This document shows positions 11,201-22,270 of a stretch of 64,000 bases of DNA, piece after piece. The translations under genes were made by a program, and so were the position numbers. Every line of letters begins with the position of its first letter. Position 1 is the first letter of the stretch. The DNA lies in assembly GCF_033153115.1 (NCBI RefSeq), contig NW_026889754.1, forward strand, positions 11,532,001 to 11,596,000, read 5' to 3'. The notes under the pieces are model-generated. The model saw only the letters and a list, made by a program, of their open reading frames with translations, was not told the DNA's origin and made no database searches. Source of the DNA: Saccostrea echinata. Lineage: Eukaryota.

Positions 11201-13063
11201 TAAACAGACAAAGTTTATTGTCTCCAGGAAAAGTTTCTAAGAGACATGGGATTACTATGGATAAAAAGAAGTTGTGGCACAAAAAAGACATGCATCTATC
11301 TCATTCAAAAGAAAACGCCTGTCATTAAAGGTATGTCTTTGTGTACAATTTATTCAAAGAGTAGGAGATGGTTGCTTGTGTGTTTAGTTCTGACACCTAA
11401 TTTTTAAGCTGTAGTGAGTCTTTATCTTCAAAATATGTTTGCCATATATTATAGTTTTCAAAAGTAATGCATTATTTTTCAACTTTTCAAGAAGCAACAA
11501 TCTTTTTATGCCATGACTTTAGACCAAAGCTTGTTTATACTGGATTATGCATAGAATGTCAATATATAACATGTAATTTCATATACTGTTATATAACTTT
11601 TTATGGTCTGCTGGTGGTCTGCTGGTGCCCTAATAATAATCACTGTCTTTCCTCCTGTCTCTCTTGTGTCGCATTTCAGAGAATTTTTATCTCCCCTTTG
11701 TCAAATGTGGATCAGCCTTCAGCTTGTCTCCAATAGAGAGCTCATGTATTATGGGTGTGCCACACTCTAGATCTTGAACCATGTTTAAATGTCAAGGTCA
11801 AAGCAGATCTCTCTATATCTATTTATTTACTTATCTTCTTTTCCCATGGCCCAATCTGGTTCATACTTTACCCAAAGTGTGTACATTAATTAGAGTGCAA
11901 TTGAAAGGTCAAACTCCAAATAAAGTCATGGTAATTATCTTGAATAAAAGTTGTTCTTTTTGAGATGGTCATCAAATCAATGATATGTATAGTTATGATC
12001 ATAAATGTACACATCAACATCAGATAATCCTTAATGTTTGCAAATAAGTGTATATATGTTCAAGATCACAGTCGGGATTTTTCAAAGGGGGAAAAGGACA
12101 TATCTTCTAGAATCATTTCTTGTATACTTTTTTTTCCTCTTTAAGAAAAGAAAACACGAGAGAGAATCAAAAAATTGCCTGAAGGAAGGAAAAACATATG
12201 AGCCATGCATCAGTACATCAGAAGTCAACTCTTGTGACCTTGAAACTATACCCGGTAAGCGTGAATTCAATGGTGAAGAAAATATTGTGGCCTTTGATCT
12301 GGAAACTACAGGACTGTCTCGCAGCAGTGATATTATCCAGCTAGCAGCTTTTGATGGGAAAGAAGAGTTCAATATTTATATTTCTCCTTCTCAGCAAATT
12401 ACAAAGAAAGCAAGTGAAATCACAGGACTGAAGTATGACTTTGACCTTGGATGCATGTTCTCCTTAGGAAGAGAAGTAGAATGCGTAGATATTAGACTTG
12501 GTCTCCTAAAAATGATAGAGTATCTCAGTAAGCGTGAGAAAACAATTCTTGTGGGACATAACATATTGTCATTTGACATTCCAATTCTCTGCAAGACACT
12601 CCAAGTTCACAATCTTTTGCAGGAATTTCTTCTCCATGTCGATGCCTGTTTAGACACACTTAGACTTGCACGTAAATTGTTCAGTAAGGAGACTGTGGGA
12701 AATTACAAACAGCAGACCCTGGTGCAGGTTCTTTTAGGGAAATCCTATCAAGCGCATGATGCTCTTGCTGATGTTAAAACTCTTCATGAGCTTTTTGTAT
12801 CAAAGTTTACATTCAGAGAAACAGATGCCTTTCCTTTCAATTTCCATGCTCTGCAGAAATCATTTGGGCCAGTTGTTGAAAGAAAGCTGATTTCAAATGC
12901 CAATTCTAGAAAACTTGCCAATTCTGGTCTTGGACTTGGACACCTCTACCTGGCATACCACAGAGACAATGATACAGGAGTAAAGTCTGTGTTATCAGAA
13001 CATGGTTTTAATGCAAAAACGTCAAAACGCATTAATGCATACTTTGAGAAACAGGAAGAGTAA
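5260..13063 (+). CDS. 8-exon Kolobok/Mutator-like DDE transposase fused to a DEDDh 3'-5' exonuclease; two homopolymer frameshifts
   Basis: GT-AG exons with matching phases: 5260-5755, 6689-6940, 7250-7387, 8641-9044, 9539-9709, 9962-10046, 11200-11330, 12146-13063. Motifs: CKRC...C, SFDAGWQTRG (D), KICRVC...HDC..NW.GSSKAME, IHADNDS (D), STQSNENFN (E), KAPK, EGKTY. Extra A in the run at 8782-8789 and a missing A in the run at 11281-11286. Confidence 0.85.
7495..7950. mobile_element. Probable non-autonomous Crypton-like insertion in intron 3
   Basis: Internal inverted repeat TTTATCTCATAC (about 7592) / GTATGAGATAAA (about 7906); CGCGAGGCTTGCCGAG motif near the start; no TSD seen. Confidence 0.3.
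8308..8530 (+). mobile_element. Helentron/HINE 5' fragment
   Basis: TTATACCCCC...GGGGGTGTA hairpin followed by a TGTC/TGTG-type microsatellite, as in the other HINEs in this window. Confidence 0.55.
10555..10780 (+). mobile_element. Degenerate tRNA SINE
   Basis: B-box-like GGTTCAAATCCC, and core TGGCACGACAAAGATTCTTTACTGCTCAATGGCC matching the 1736-2087 SINE. Confidence 0.6.
12146..13063 (+). CDS. Terminal exon: DEDDh (DnaQ/RNase T-like) exonuclease plus PML/Exuperantia-like helical C-terminal domain
   Basis: ExoI FDLETTGL, ExoII VGHNILSFD and ExoIII AHDALAD are all intact; followed by LIS..NSRKLANSGLGLGHLYLAY.RD...GV..VL. Confidence 0.85.
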   Translation, partial: KRKHERESKNCLKEGKTYEPCISTSEVNSCDLETIPGKREFNGEENIVAFDLETTGLSRSSDIIQLAAFDGKEEFNIYISPSQQITKKASEITGLKYDFDLGCMFSLGREVECVDIRLGLLKMIEYLSKREKTILVGHNILSFDIPILCKTLQVHNLLQEFLLHVDACLDTLRLARKLFSKETVGNYKQQTLVQVLLGKSYQAHDALADVKTLHELFVSKFTFRETDAFPFNFHALQKSFGPVVERKLISNANSRKLANSGLGLGHLYLAYHRDNDTGVKSVLSEHGFNAKTSKRINAYFEKQEE

Positions 13064-13369
13064 CACAGTGAAAAAGTGTTCAGTGGTTTGACATAAAGTT
13101 CAGTGGTATAATATTGTGAAACTAGTCTAATTGGAACCTCATGCAATTTGCAATTCTTTGTTTCCTCATGGAAAATGTAATATTTAAAACTGTGAGAGAA
13201 AATTTGCATGTATAATCCATAAATTTTTCTGATTATTAACATGTAAATACATAGCTACCCAGATCAAATCAGGTGTATAAAGATATTTGTGATTGTTACT
13301 TCAATAGATTATAACTGTTTAAACAAATTTTGTTTTTTCCGTTTTTTTTTTTTGTTTTGTTTTTTTGTG

Positions 13370-13800
13370 CTGTGTGAGTGTTAAGTCGGGTGCGGCAATG
13401 GGCCGCTCCACATGTAGACCTTAATTTTTAAAATTTCATGTTTAATTTGATGTGCTAGCGTTCAGTCAGATGTGTCATTGGGCCTCTCCACATGTAGAAC
13501 TTTGTTATTTTTTTTTCTAATTTCATGTTTAATTTTTTGTGGGTGTTTAGTCGGATGAGGCAATGGGCTGCTCCACATGTAGACCTTATTTTCTTTTATC
13601 AAATGTCATGTTTAATTTGTTGGGTGAGTTTTCAGTCGGATGCGGCAATGGGCCGCTCCACATGTAGACATTATTTTTTTCAAATTTCATGTTTATATTG
13701 TTGTGTGAGTGTTCAGTCGGATGCGGCAATGGGCCGCTCCACATGTAGAAATGTATAAATTTTTTTTTTTTTAAATTTCATGTTTCATTTCCTGTGTGAG
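13370..13800. repeat. ~80-85-bp tandem repeat (about 5 copies) in the Kolobok 3' region
   Basis: GCAATGGGCCGCTCCACATGTAGA-like core at about 13395, 13475, 13560, 13646 and 13726. Confidence 0.85.
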
Positions 13801-15964
13801 TTACCTTGACTTTATATTGTTATCAAACCAGCTCAGTAATGCGTATAATAGTAAAATTACATTTGAATTACTTTTGTTCAATTTAAAAGATTTCTCAATG
13901 ATATTCATGCAACAGAATTAAGTATGTGTGTTGTGCAATGATATGTCAAATAGCTTGCTTTTGTTTTGACTAAGAAACGAGCACATATATTTAATATATT
14001 TTTACATAATAATTATTTTTTTATGTGGCAATAAAATAAGATAAATGTTGAAAATGTGGGTATTTAGAGTTTAATCATTATTTGTATCTTCAGGAGTGAA
14101 AAGCAAGGAATTGGTGGATGGGTGGGTTGGGGGACAATGTGCTGTCTTTATTTGCCCTCAATGTGGAAATAAATCAAATAAAGTGAAATTTTCCATTGCA
14201 TACTAATGTTTTCTCTTAATTAACAACCAAGAAAATGTAATGAATAATGATAAATTTTTATTGAGTACATTTTATGTTGGAAAATAAATTTTAGATTGAG
14301 AGGAAAGGGGAGGTAACTCTTAACCCCATGGCTTGATAATTACCTGGTAATCATCATTGCCAAGTTCATATTTTCACTTATCATTATTACACATTGCTTT
14401 GAACTAATAATTACTTCCATCAATTATATTTTTCATAAAATCACTTTGATTTGTGATAAATAGCAAGTCAATCATTATTCTTCTTTTTCAAGACTGGAAA
14501 ACAAGGAAAGGGGGGGGGGGGTGTCAGTGGACCATGTGCTGTCTTTATTTACCCTCAATGTGGTCAAGATTTTTTGAGTGAGGAACTGTATTGGACTTAT
14601 CTTTCATGTAATAATAAAAAATTAAAAATCTATTGGACAGATATTTTTTTATGTCTGAAAAATGGTATAATTTGTATGGATGAAAATAGTCGGATTTGTT
14701 CAATCTAAACATTATAATGTGCACCGTTCTCTTATTATATTTCTGTTCAAGCAATCTATTGTTGAAATAAGTTTATAATATCACTTTTGTTTGGAAATAA
14801 TTTTAAATTATGCTTGCATATTGTATAATAAATTTTTTATGGGTCTTTTTATGTTGGATACTGAATTTTAGATTGAGGGGAAAGGGGAGGTAACTCATCA
14901 CCCCGTAGCTCGATAATTTACCCTCAATGCCATGTTCATATTTCCACTAAATGTCCATTACATATTCCTTTATGCCATGTGAAAATTTCAGCAAAATCTA
15001 TTGGAAGGTTTTTTTTTGGGTCAGGTGTCCTTAGCTACCTTAAGCTAGGTTGTCGTAAATTACATGTATATGTAGGTCGTGATAATCACTAAAAATTCTC
15101 ATACAGTGTAACTTAAGTTTCGTTTTACAGATCATTTATAATTTACTTCCATGCTATAAATCATTGTTTTATAAGGCGAGATTAACGGAAGACTTATAAA
15201 AAAAACAACAACAACAGTCAAAAAACCAAAACAAACAAACAAAAACTAATAACTGGTCCACTGATAAGAATATATTATTTTTTGATGAAGTTGTTTTCAA
15301 ATACATGTAAATGATTATTTGAATAGTTTGTGTTCCTTACTGGTTCATGACACCCCCCCCCCCCCCGCCCCACTACATACATGTACATACTGGAGCGGCA
15401 TGTTAACAAACAAAATTCTTAATGTTTAAAAATAAATAAAAACAAGATAGAAAACAAACAAAACAAGAATTTAATAACTGTAAACTCACATGATTAAGTA
15501 GATGAAATTAAGATAATAACGCCCGATGTTTTGTTTTCTTTTTAAATTATTATTCTTTTATTTCGATGAGCCCCCCACCCCTCTCCGTACTTGGATTGTT
15601 TTCTATGGGCCGGTTGTAACGATTTTAATTTCAAATAATATACAGTGTTCTCTCTCTCTTTCTCTCTCGTAAAACTATTTTACTGATTTTCAGCATTCAG
15701 GTGGCAGCAAATTGCATGAACATGTACTATGTAATGAAAAAATATATGTACGTATTAAGGAATCTTTGCAAGTTCAATTTACTAATGTTGGAATTACGTG
15801 TACTTTTCATGCACAAGTACAAAACGTACCCGTCTGGTATTTTTTTTTATATCCATACAAAGTATTTCGAAAATTACATGTAGTACATGTAAGAGGTTCG
15901 CGAACATGTAAACCTGTATAATTATATATATCGACGCGAAGTAAAGTGATAAGCATTTTTGCGT

Positions 15965-16013
<49 letters not shown>

Positions 16014-18199
16014 GACTTGCAAGTAGTTACAAAAATTCAAAATCATACAATGTAAGGCCTACATGTAGGATAATTAGAATTGACAAAATAATCTTTCCCT
16101 ATATACATGTATTTAAATCAAGTTATTTATTAAACTTTGGTAAAAGATAAATTAAAAAAAATATATATCATAGTAGTTAAAAAAATGGGATTTTTTTCTC
16201 CAATTTACGTATTGAAATACTGCACATTTATACTGTATACAATGTACATTTAATTTTTTTTTTCATGATCACTTATTTAGATCGATAATTTCGATGTTGA
16301 TCTGGATAAATTAAAACGTGCATGTAAATTGAAATAATAAATAAAAAATAATTAAATTAAAGCACGTACATGTTCTTAAACTGTATCTTGAGATAATAAA
16401 ATTCTATATTTTATCGAAGACCAGGTTTTTTTTTCATTCTTTTTTCTTTAGTAACAATTGTTCTAACCATTAATATCTTCTTTTTTCTATTAGGAATTTA
16501 AGAATTTATTGTCTGATAAATTTATGCAATGTATATTTATATATTAATGGATTTTAAAATTATAAAGAAAATAAATATGTAACTATACATGTAACATGCT
16601 ACCTGGATAGTAAAAATATATAATGTATTAATAGATTTTAAAAATAAAAAATAATGAAAATAGATCTGTAAATATTGCATGTTGTCTGGAGAATTAAAAT
16701 ATATAAATGTAAAATCATGTTTAAAAATCATATTAATAATATTTTTACATTCTACATTCACACGCTTTGCTTGTACAATGTTTACAAACTGGCATGTTGA
16801 CTGGTCGATGCTCTGATGGTCAACGCATTTTATCACTTATCCTGATTGACAGACCTGTTCGGCATGTTGATTGGTGGACGCACTGATGAGTTAATCGCAA
16901 AATCCTGATTGACAGCTCTGTTAGCAACACCGAACGCGCGTTCGCTTTCTGGGACCGCTACTGAATTTGGGGTTCGCTTTCTGCGTTCGCTATGGGTCCG
17001 CTCTGGGTTCGCTACGGGTGCGCTCCGGGTTCGCTCGGGGTCAGCACTAGCGGACACCAAGCGAACCCGAAGCGAACCCAGAGAGCGAACCCGGGGTGCG
17101 CTCTGGGTTAGCTTTCTGTTAGGTTGTGTCTGGTCGGTACTGTAAATGTAATGTTATTTTCATTTTTTCATTAGAAGCTAACAAGTATTTGATCATTCTT
17201 CTTTCTGGCTATTTTTCTTTATTTACTTCATTCAAAGGAACAACTGGTCTGCTTCTGTGCATTTTATGACAGATACAAATTATGTGTGAAATTGTATGCA
17301 AGATCTAAAAATATAGAACCAAGGTGCACAGTTGACAATATATTATTTACATGCCACAAAATTATTTATTCTTACTTCCAATTGATGGTAATTATAGTAT
17401 AAACCACTCACAGCTTCAATAAAACAATTGCACTTACGGACAAGAGTGTTGGTAAAATGGGTAGGCAAACCCAGGCCGGGGCAAATTAAAACCCGGGGCT
17501 ATTCGAGTTTTTTTTTAATTTTCTTCGCTAATATTGCACCAATTGTTTGGAAATTTTCAGATTATGTTTCTTAAAGGTTCTTGGGTATTCGTTGTAAATA
17601 TCACCTTGAAATACACAGGATTTTGGATTTTCTAGGCGATTGTTTATTTCCTAGTTGGTAAAATGGGTACAGTATACGGTTTACGGTATTTTTAACTTAT
17701 GGGTCAATAAGTCAATATTTGTGTGGGTTTTTCCGATGATTAACACGGCATATTAACTATAACTAATGAGTTTTACATCGCAAACTGCTATAACTATGCA
17801 AAATTTACACATTTTCAGAAAAACTGGGACATTAAAACCGGATCCGATCACCCAGGGCAAACCCCAGCTCTAACCACATGGAGGTATCCTCACATTAATA
17901 TTCATATAATTATGTGAACTTTCCTTAAATGATTTTTTATATCAATAAAAATGAAATAAAAGCTGTCTACAAATAATTGGGATTAAATATATTTATAAAT
18001 GGTATCGGAAACACGTGGTGTTGTTTGTTTACGTGTTTAGGAAGTATTTATAGTATCTAAGATTTGATTGGGTTTTAACGATTGATATGAGTTCAAATGA
18101 AATCGTGCGGAACAGGTAGTTACCTGTGTCCAGGTATTAAGAACTAGAGGTTATTCGAGGTTTCGCTGCGCTTAGTGCAACAAGTAAAAAGTCGAATAG

Positions 18200-18989
18200 A
18201 TGTCTCGGCAAAAAACAGATTTCTTGGCCCAATACCGGGAGGAAGATGAGTCTCTAGACGAAACTCTACTACAAGAAACCGCTGGTGAACAGAAAACCAC
18301 TCGCAGAACGGCAAATTCTGCGGAGACCTCTGGACACTCTAGCCCCCGTGTAAGTGCGGACTTGGCCGATACCTTCAACCTGTTCAAGTCATACCTGGAC
18401 AACAAACTAGATACTCTCAAGGAGGAACTCTCTACGGGTAACGACATTGAAAATTTAACAAAAACCATTAAAAAAGAGGGCTGTAAAATTCAAGAGTGAA
18501 GGGAACAAAATTCAGTTTAACTTTAATTCTGAAATATTGGGTGATTTGAATAAACTTAAAAAGCGCATTTCAGATTCTTCCACTTTGAGCATCGTTAGAG
18601 AGCTCATTTCCAAGATTACTAAGCGTAACAAGCTCATCAGGATTGCCGATAAATCTCCGGCCGGGTGGTCGACAGTCCGTGAGTATGAAAGTGATGATTT
18701 GGCGTCCGACTCTGAGGACGAAAAACGTCTACGTCAAGCTGAAAACCGAGCATTACGAGCTATCAAGGAAAAACGCCGTTTTCAGCCATACTCCAAGTCT
18801 GGTTCTGCAACAACTTCGCTACCTGATGGTAGGTCTGGTGGTTCTGGCCGTAATTTTCGTCCCTACAAGCGTAAGGAGGCCTCTCCATACGACGTGTGCT
18901 ACAACTGCCATAAGCTCGGCCATTGGAAATCCGCATGCACTGCCCCAGCCAGAACCAACAACCCAAGCACAAGCTCGTCAACCCAGTGA
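18200..18989 (+). pseudogene. gag: DIRS gag-like ORF with CCHC zinc knuckle (frameshift near 18470)
   Basis: RNKLIRIADKSPAGWSTVREYESDDLASDSEDEKRL motif; CYNCHKLGHWKSAC. Confidence 0.85.
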
Positions 18990-20998
18990 TTATGAAAATC
19001 AGTATGTATATTTCGTTGATGAATCTATTTTTACTGATCAGTTTGAATCATTCGTATAGCAAGTAAATTATTTTGAAAATTTACCTGATATTGGTAAAGG
19101 GGTGAAGGCAGTTTACGCAAACATTTTGAGTTTTGGAAGTCCATAAGCACTAATGAGTTCATATTAGATACTATCAAAAATGGTTATGTTATTCCTTTTG
19201 TTACAGTACCACCACGCATGAGACTGAATAATAACAAATCTGCAATGAAAAACCAACAATTTGTTGATCAGTCTGTTTCAGATCTTCTTGAGAGCGGCTG
19301 CGTACAAGAGGTTCCCTTTCAGCCACATGTGGTCAGTCCACTAAGTGTTGCAGAAAATAAAGGGTCTGGTAAAAAGAGACTTATTCTGGATTTGAGTCAA
19401 TTGAATTATTTTGTAGACAAAAGAAAAGTAAAGTTTGAAGACTGGCGTATTGCTTTGAATTTTTTCAATAAAGATTGTTTTCTGTTTAAATTTGATCTAA
19501 AGTCAGGCTATCACCACATAGATATTTGTAAAAGTCAGATTACTTTCCTTTCATTCAGTTGGAAAGATAAGTTTTATTGTTTCAATGTTTTACCTTTTGG
19601 TCTAACGTCTGCGCCTTATATTTTTACCAAGTGTCTAAGACCCATCGTGAAGTACTGGAGAAGCTGCGGAATTGACATTGTTTTGTATCTGGACGACGGT
19701 CTTGGTTTTGGTAAAGATTTACAAACGTGTGTTAAAGCATCAAATTTAGTTCAAGAGACTTTAGAAAAAGCAGGTTTGCAAATTAATATTGAAAAGTCTA
19801 TTTTTCAGCCTGTCCAGTGTTTGGAGTGGTTAGGGTTGGTATGGGATACCAGTGTATTTTCTCTACGTATACCTGAAAGACGACTTTCTGATGCTCAGAA
19901 CTCGATAGAATTTCTTATTGATAGATTTCCCAACTTTACAGCTCGAGATCTCGCAAAAGCGGCTGGGAAAGTTATTTCCATGTCACCAGTTGTTGGTAAT
20001 GTAACAAGTTTGATGACCAGACACATTTATTTAGCTATAGAGAGCAGAAGTCATTGGGATTGTTTAATCTTTTTTTTTTTATTTTCCAGAAGCAGTAAAA
20101 TCAGAGTTGCAGTTCTGGAAGGAAAATCTTAATAAGTTGAATCAGAAACTGTTAGTTAAAGACTCGTTACCAATAACGCTTGTGTTTTCAGATGCCAGGG
20201 ACGTTGCAGCTGGTGCATATACTGTAGAAGCTGACGAAAAGGTTTTTCATAAAACTTGGTCATTGAATGAATCTGTTATGAGCTCCACGTGGAGAGAACT
20301 TAAAGCTATACAGTTAGCTTTAGAGTCATTTGCCAGTTCATTTATTGGAAAGAGTTTACTTTGGCATACTGACAATAAAAATTGTGTTAAAATTGTACAA
20401 CGAGGTAGCACTAAATTACATTTACAAGATTTAGCTTTAGACATTTTTTCTAAATGTGTTGAAAATTCTATTTCGTTGAAAATTTGTTGGATACCTAGAT
20501 ACAAAAACACAAAAGCAGATTATTTGTCTAATTTAGTCGATTATGAAGATTGGCAAACAACTCAAGAGTTTTTTTAGTTTTGTTGACCAAATGTGGGGTC
20601 CTCATACTATTGATAGATTTGCAAGTGTGTATAACACAAAGTTAACGAGGTTTAACTCCCTTTTTTGGTACCCGGAGACTGAAGCAGTTGATGCTTTTAC
20701 CCAAAACTGGTGTTTTGAAAATAATTGGTTAGTACCACCTATTTGTCTTGTGAGTAAAGTTATAAAACATGTAATAGCGTGTAAATGTGTGGGTACATTA
20801 ATTGTTCCAAAATGGCCGTCTGCAGCATTTTGGACGTTACTGTTTGATGAAAATATGAAGTATAAACAGTGTGTAGTTGATGTTCTGGAATTTTCTCCAT
20901 ATCAGAATATTTTTATGCATGGCAAAAATCTGTACAGCCTGTTTGGCTCTGACAGCTTTAATTCCAGAGAATTAGTTGTAAGACTCAGTGGAGTCTGA
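18990..20998 (+). pseudogene. pol: DIRS pol: reverse transcriptase, RNase H and DNA N6-adenine methyltransferase-like domain (stop and frameshifts)
   Basis: KKRLILDL, DLKSGYHH, LPFGL, YLDD; RNase H FSDA, SSTWRELKA, TDNK, NTKADYLS; methyltransferase WGPHTIDRFAS...FNS...DAFTQNW..ENNWLVPP. Confidence 0.92.
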
Positions 20999-21258
20999 TA
21001 GACATGGCCTTAGAAGGCATGGTCTGTGTACATATTAATGTTTGAATTTATTTTGTGTTTATTATGACAAGGCCAAGTTTATGGCAAGGTCAAGTTTTAT
21101 TATTAGATTGACATGGCCCTTAATTAGAATGCATTTCTTTTTAAGCTGGCACGGTCAGGAATGGAAAGACAAGGTCGTGCTTATCGACAAGGTCTACTGC
21201 GACAAGGCTTGGGTTTCCAAGCATGGTCGGTAATATGACTTTTATTTTAGTTTTGCAG

Positions 21259-22270
21259 ATGTTTTCAAAACTGGAAATTGGATTTCGTTACGGAGGACCT
21301 CTCATCCCTCCTTACAATCGCTGACAAAGAAACTTCCGGATTTAATCATGAATTCCAAGGCTGAAAACACAAGAAAAACGTACGGATATGCTTTCAATAA
21401 ATTTCGTAAGTGGTGTTTTACACATAATATTTCATATCTTCCTGCAACGGATTTCCATGTATCGTTATACTTAACAAGTCTCAGTAATACATGTAGCAGT
21501 GCAGGGACAATTGACGAGGCTTTTTATGCAATTAGTTGGGCGCATAAATTGGCGGGATTTCCTGATCCCTGTTCATCCGAACTTACCATTTCAGCCAGAG
21601 AGGGATGCCATAGAACTATCGGAAAACAGTTGATAAATAAAAAAGAACCTATTACCTCCAATATACTGAAACAATTGTGTGCTGTTTACGGAGGTGAATC
21701 GTGTTCTTTGTTAGATATTAAAATATGTTGTATGTGCTTATTAAGTTATGCTGGTTTTTTAAGATTTTCAGAACTTGTTCATTTGAAGAGATCAGATATA
21801 TGTTTTTATGACAATTATATGACTCTTACTATTCAGAAAAGCAAAACAGATCGTTATAAAGAGGGGAGCAATGTAGTTGTGTCATGTACGAATGAAATTA
21901 CATGTCCTGTGAGAATGACCAGAAGATATCTCAGTCTAGCAAACATTAACGACCAATCTAATGAATATTTGTTTAGATCTATCACTTATTGTAAAAGTTC
22001 TAACACATACAAATTAAGAGGAGAAAAGTGCTTGTCATATACAAGGGCTACAGAGATTCTTCTGGACGCGCTCGCATCATTGGGTTTAGATAGAACTAAG
22101 TTTGGTCTGCATAGTCTTCGCGCTGGCGGGGCTACTGCAGCGGCCAACCATGGTGTTTGTGATAGACTATTTAAAAACATGGCCGGTGGAAATCTGATAC
22201 TGCTAAAGACGGATATGTGTCAGGAAATCTTAGACAGCAACTGTCAGTTACGAAAAATTTGGGTATATAA
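21259..22270 (+). pseudogene. DIRS tyrosine recombinase
   Basis: GFLRFSEL, KSKTD and HSLRAGGAT; HGRWKSDTAKDGY appears after a frameshift near 22175. Confidence 0.9.

Larger units (their letters stand above)
5168..15039 (+). mobile_element. Kolobok-type DNA transposon (~9.9 kb, TTAA TSD)
   Basis: TTAA (5164-5167)|CGTAGCTACGGATA ... TGTCCTTAGCTACC|TTAA (15040-15043), a 14-bp imperfect TIR; AAATTTCAGCAAAATC subterminal motif near 14985; encloses a Kolobok-type DDE gene. Confidence 0.8.
4446..17142. mobile_element. TIR DNA transposon (CAGTACCGACC termini, TA TSD); ~2.8-kb non-coding host element split by the Kolobok insertion
   Basis: ta|CAGTACCGACCGGACACAACCTAACA at 4446 versus TGTTAGGTTGTGTCTGGTCGGTACTG|ta ending at 17142; GC-rich GGGTTCGCT/AGCGAACCC subterminal repeats at both ends. 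Confidence 0.85.

Noticed and set aside
12038-13063. Stand-alone bacterial dnaQ/polC-like gene (HGT or contamination)
   Set aside because: It has no true start, opens at a splice acceptor in phase with the upstream transposase exons and lies within the Kolobok TIRs.
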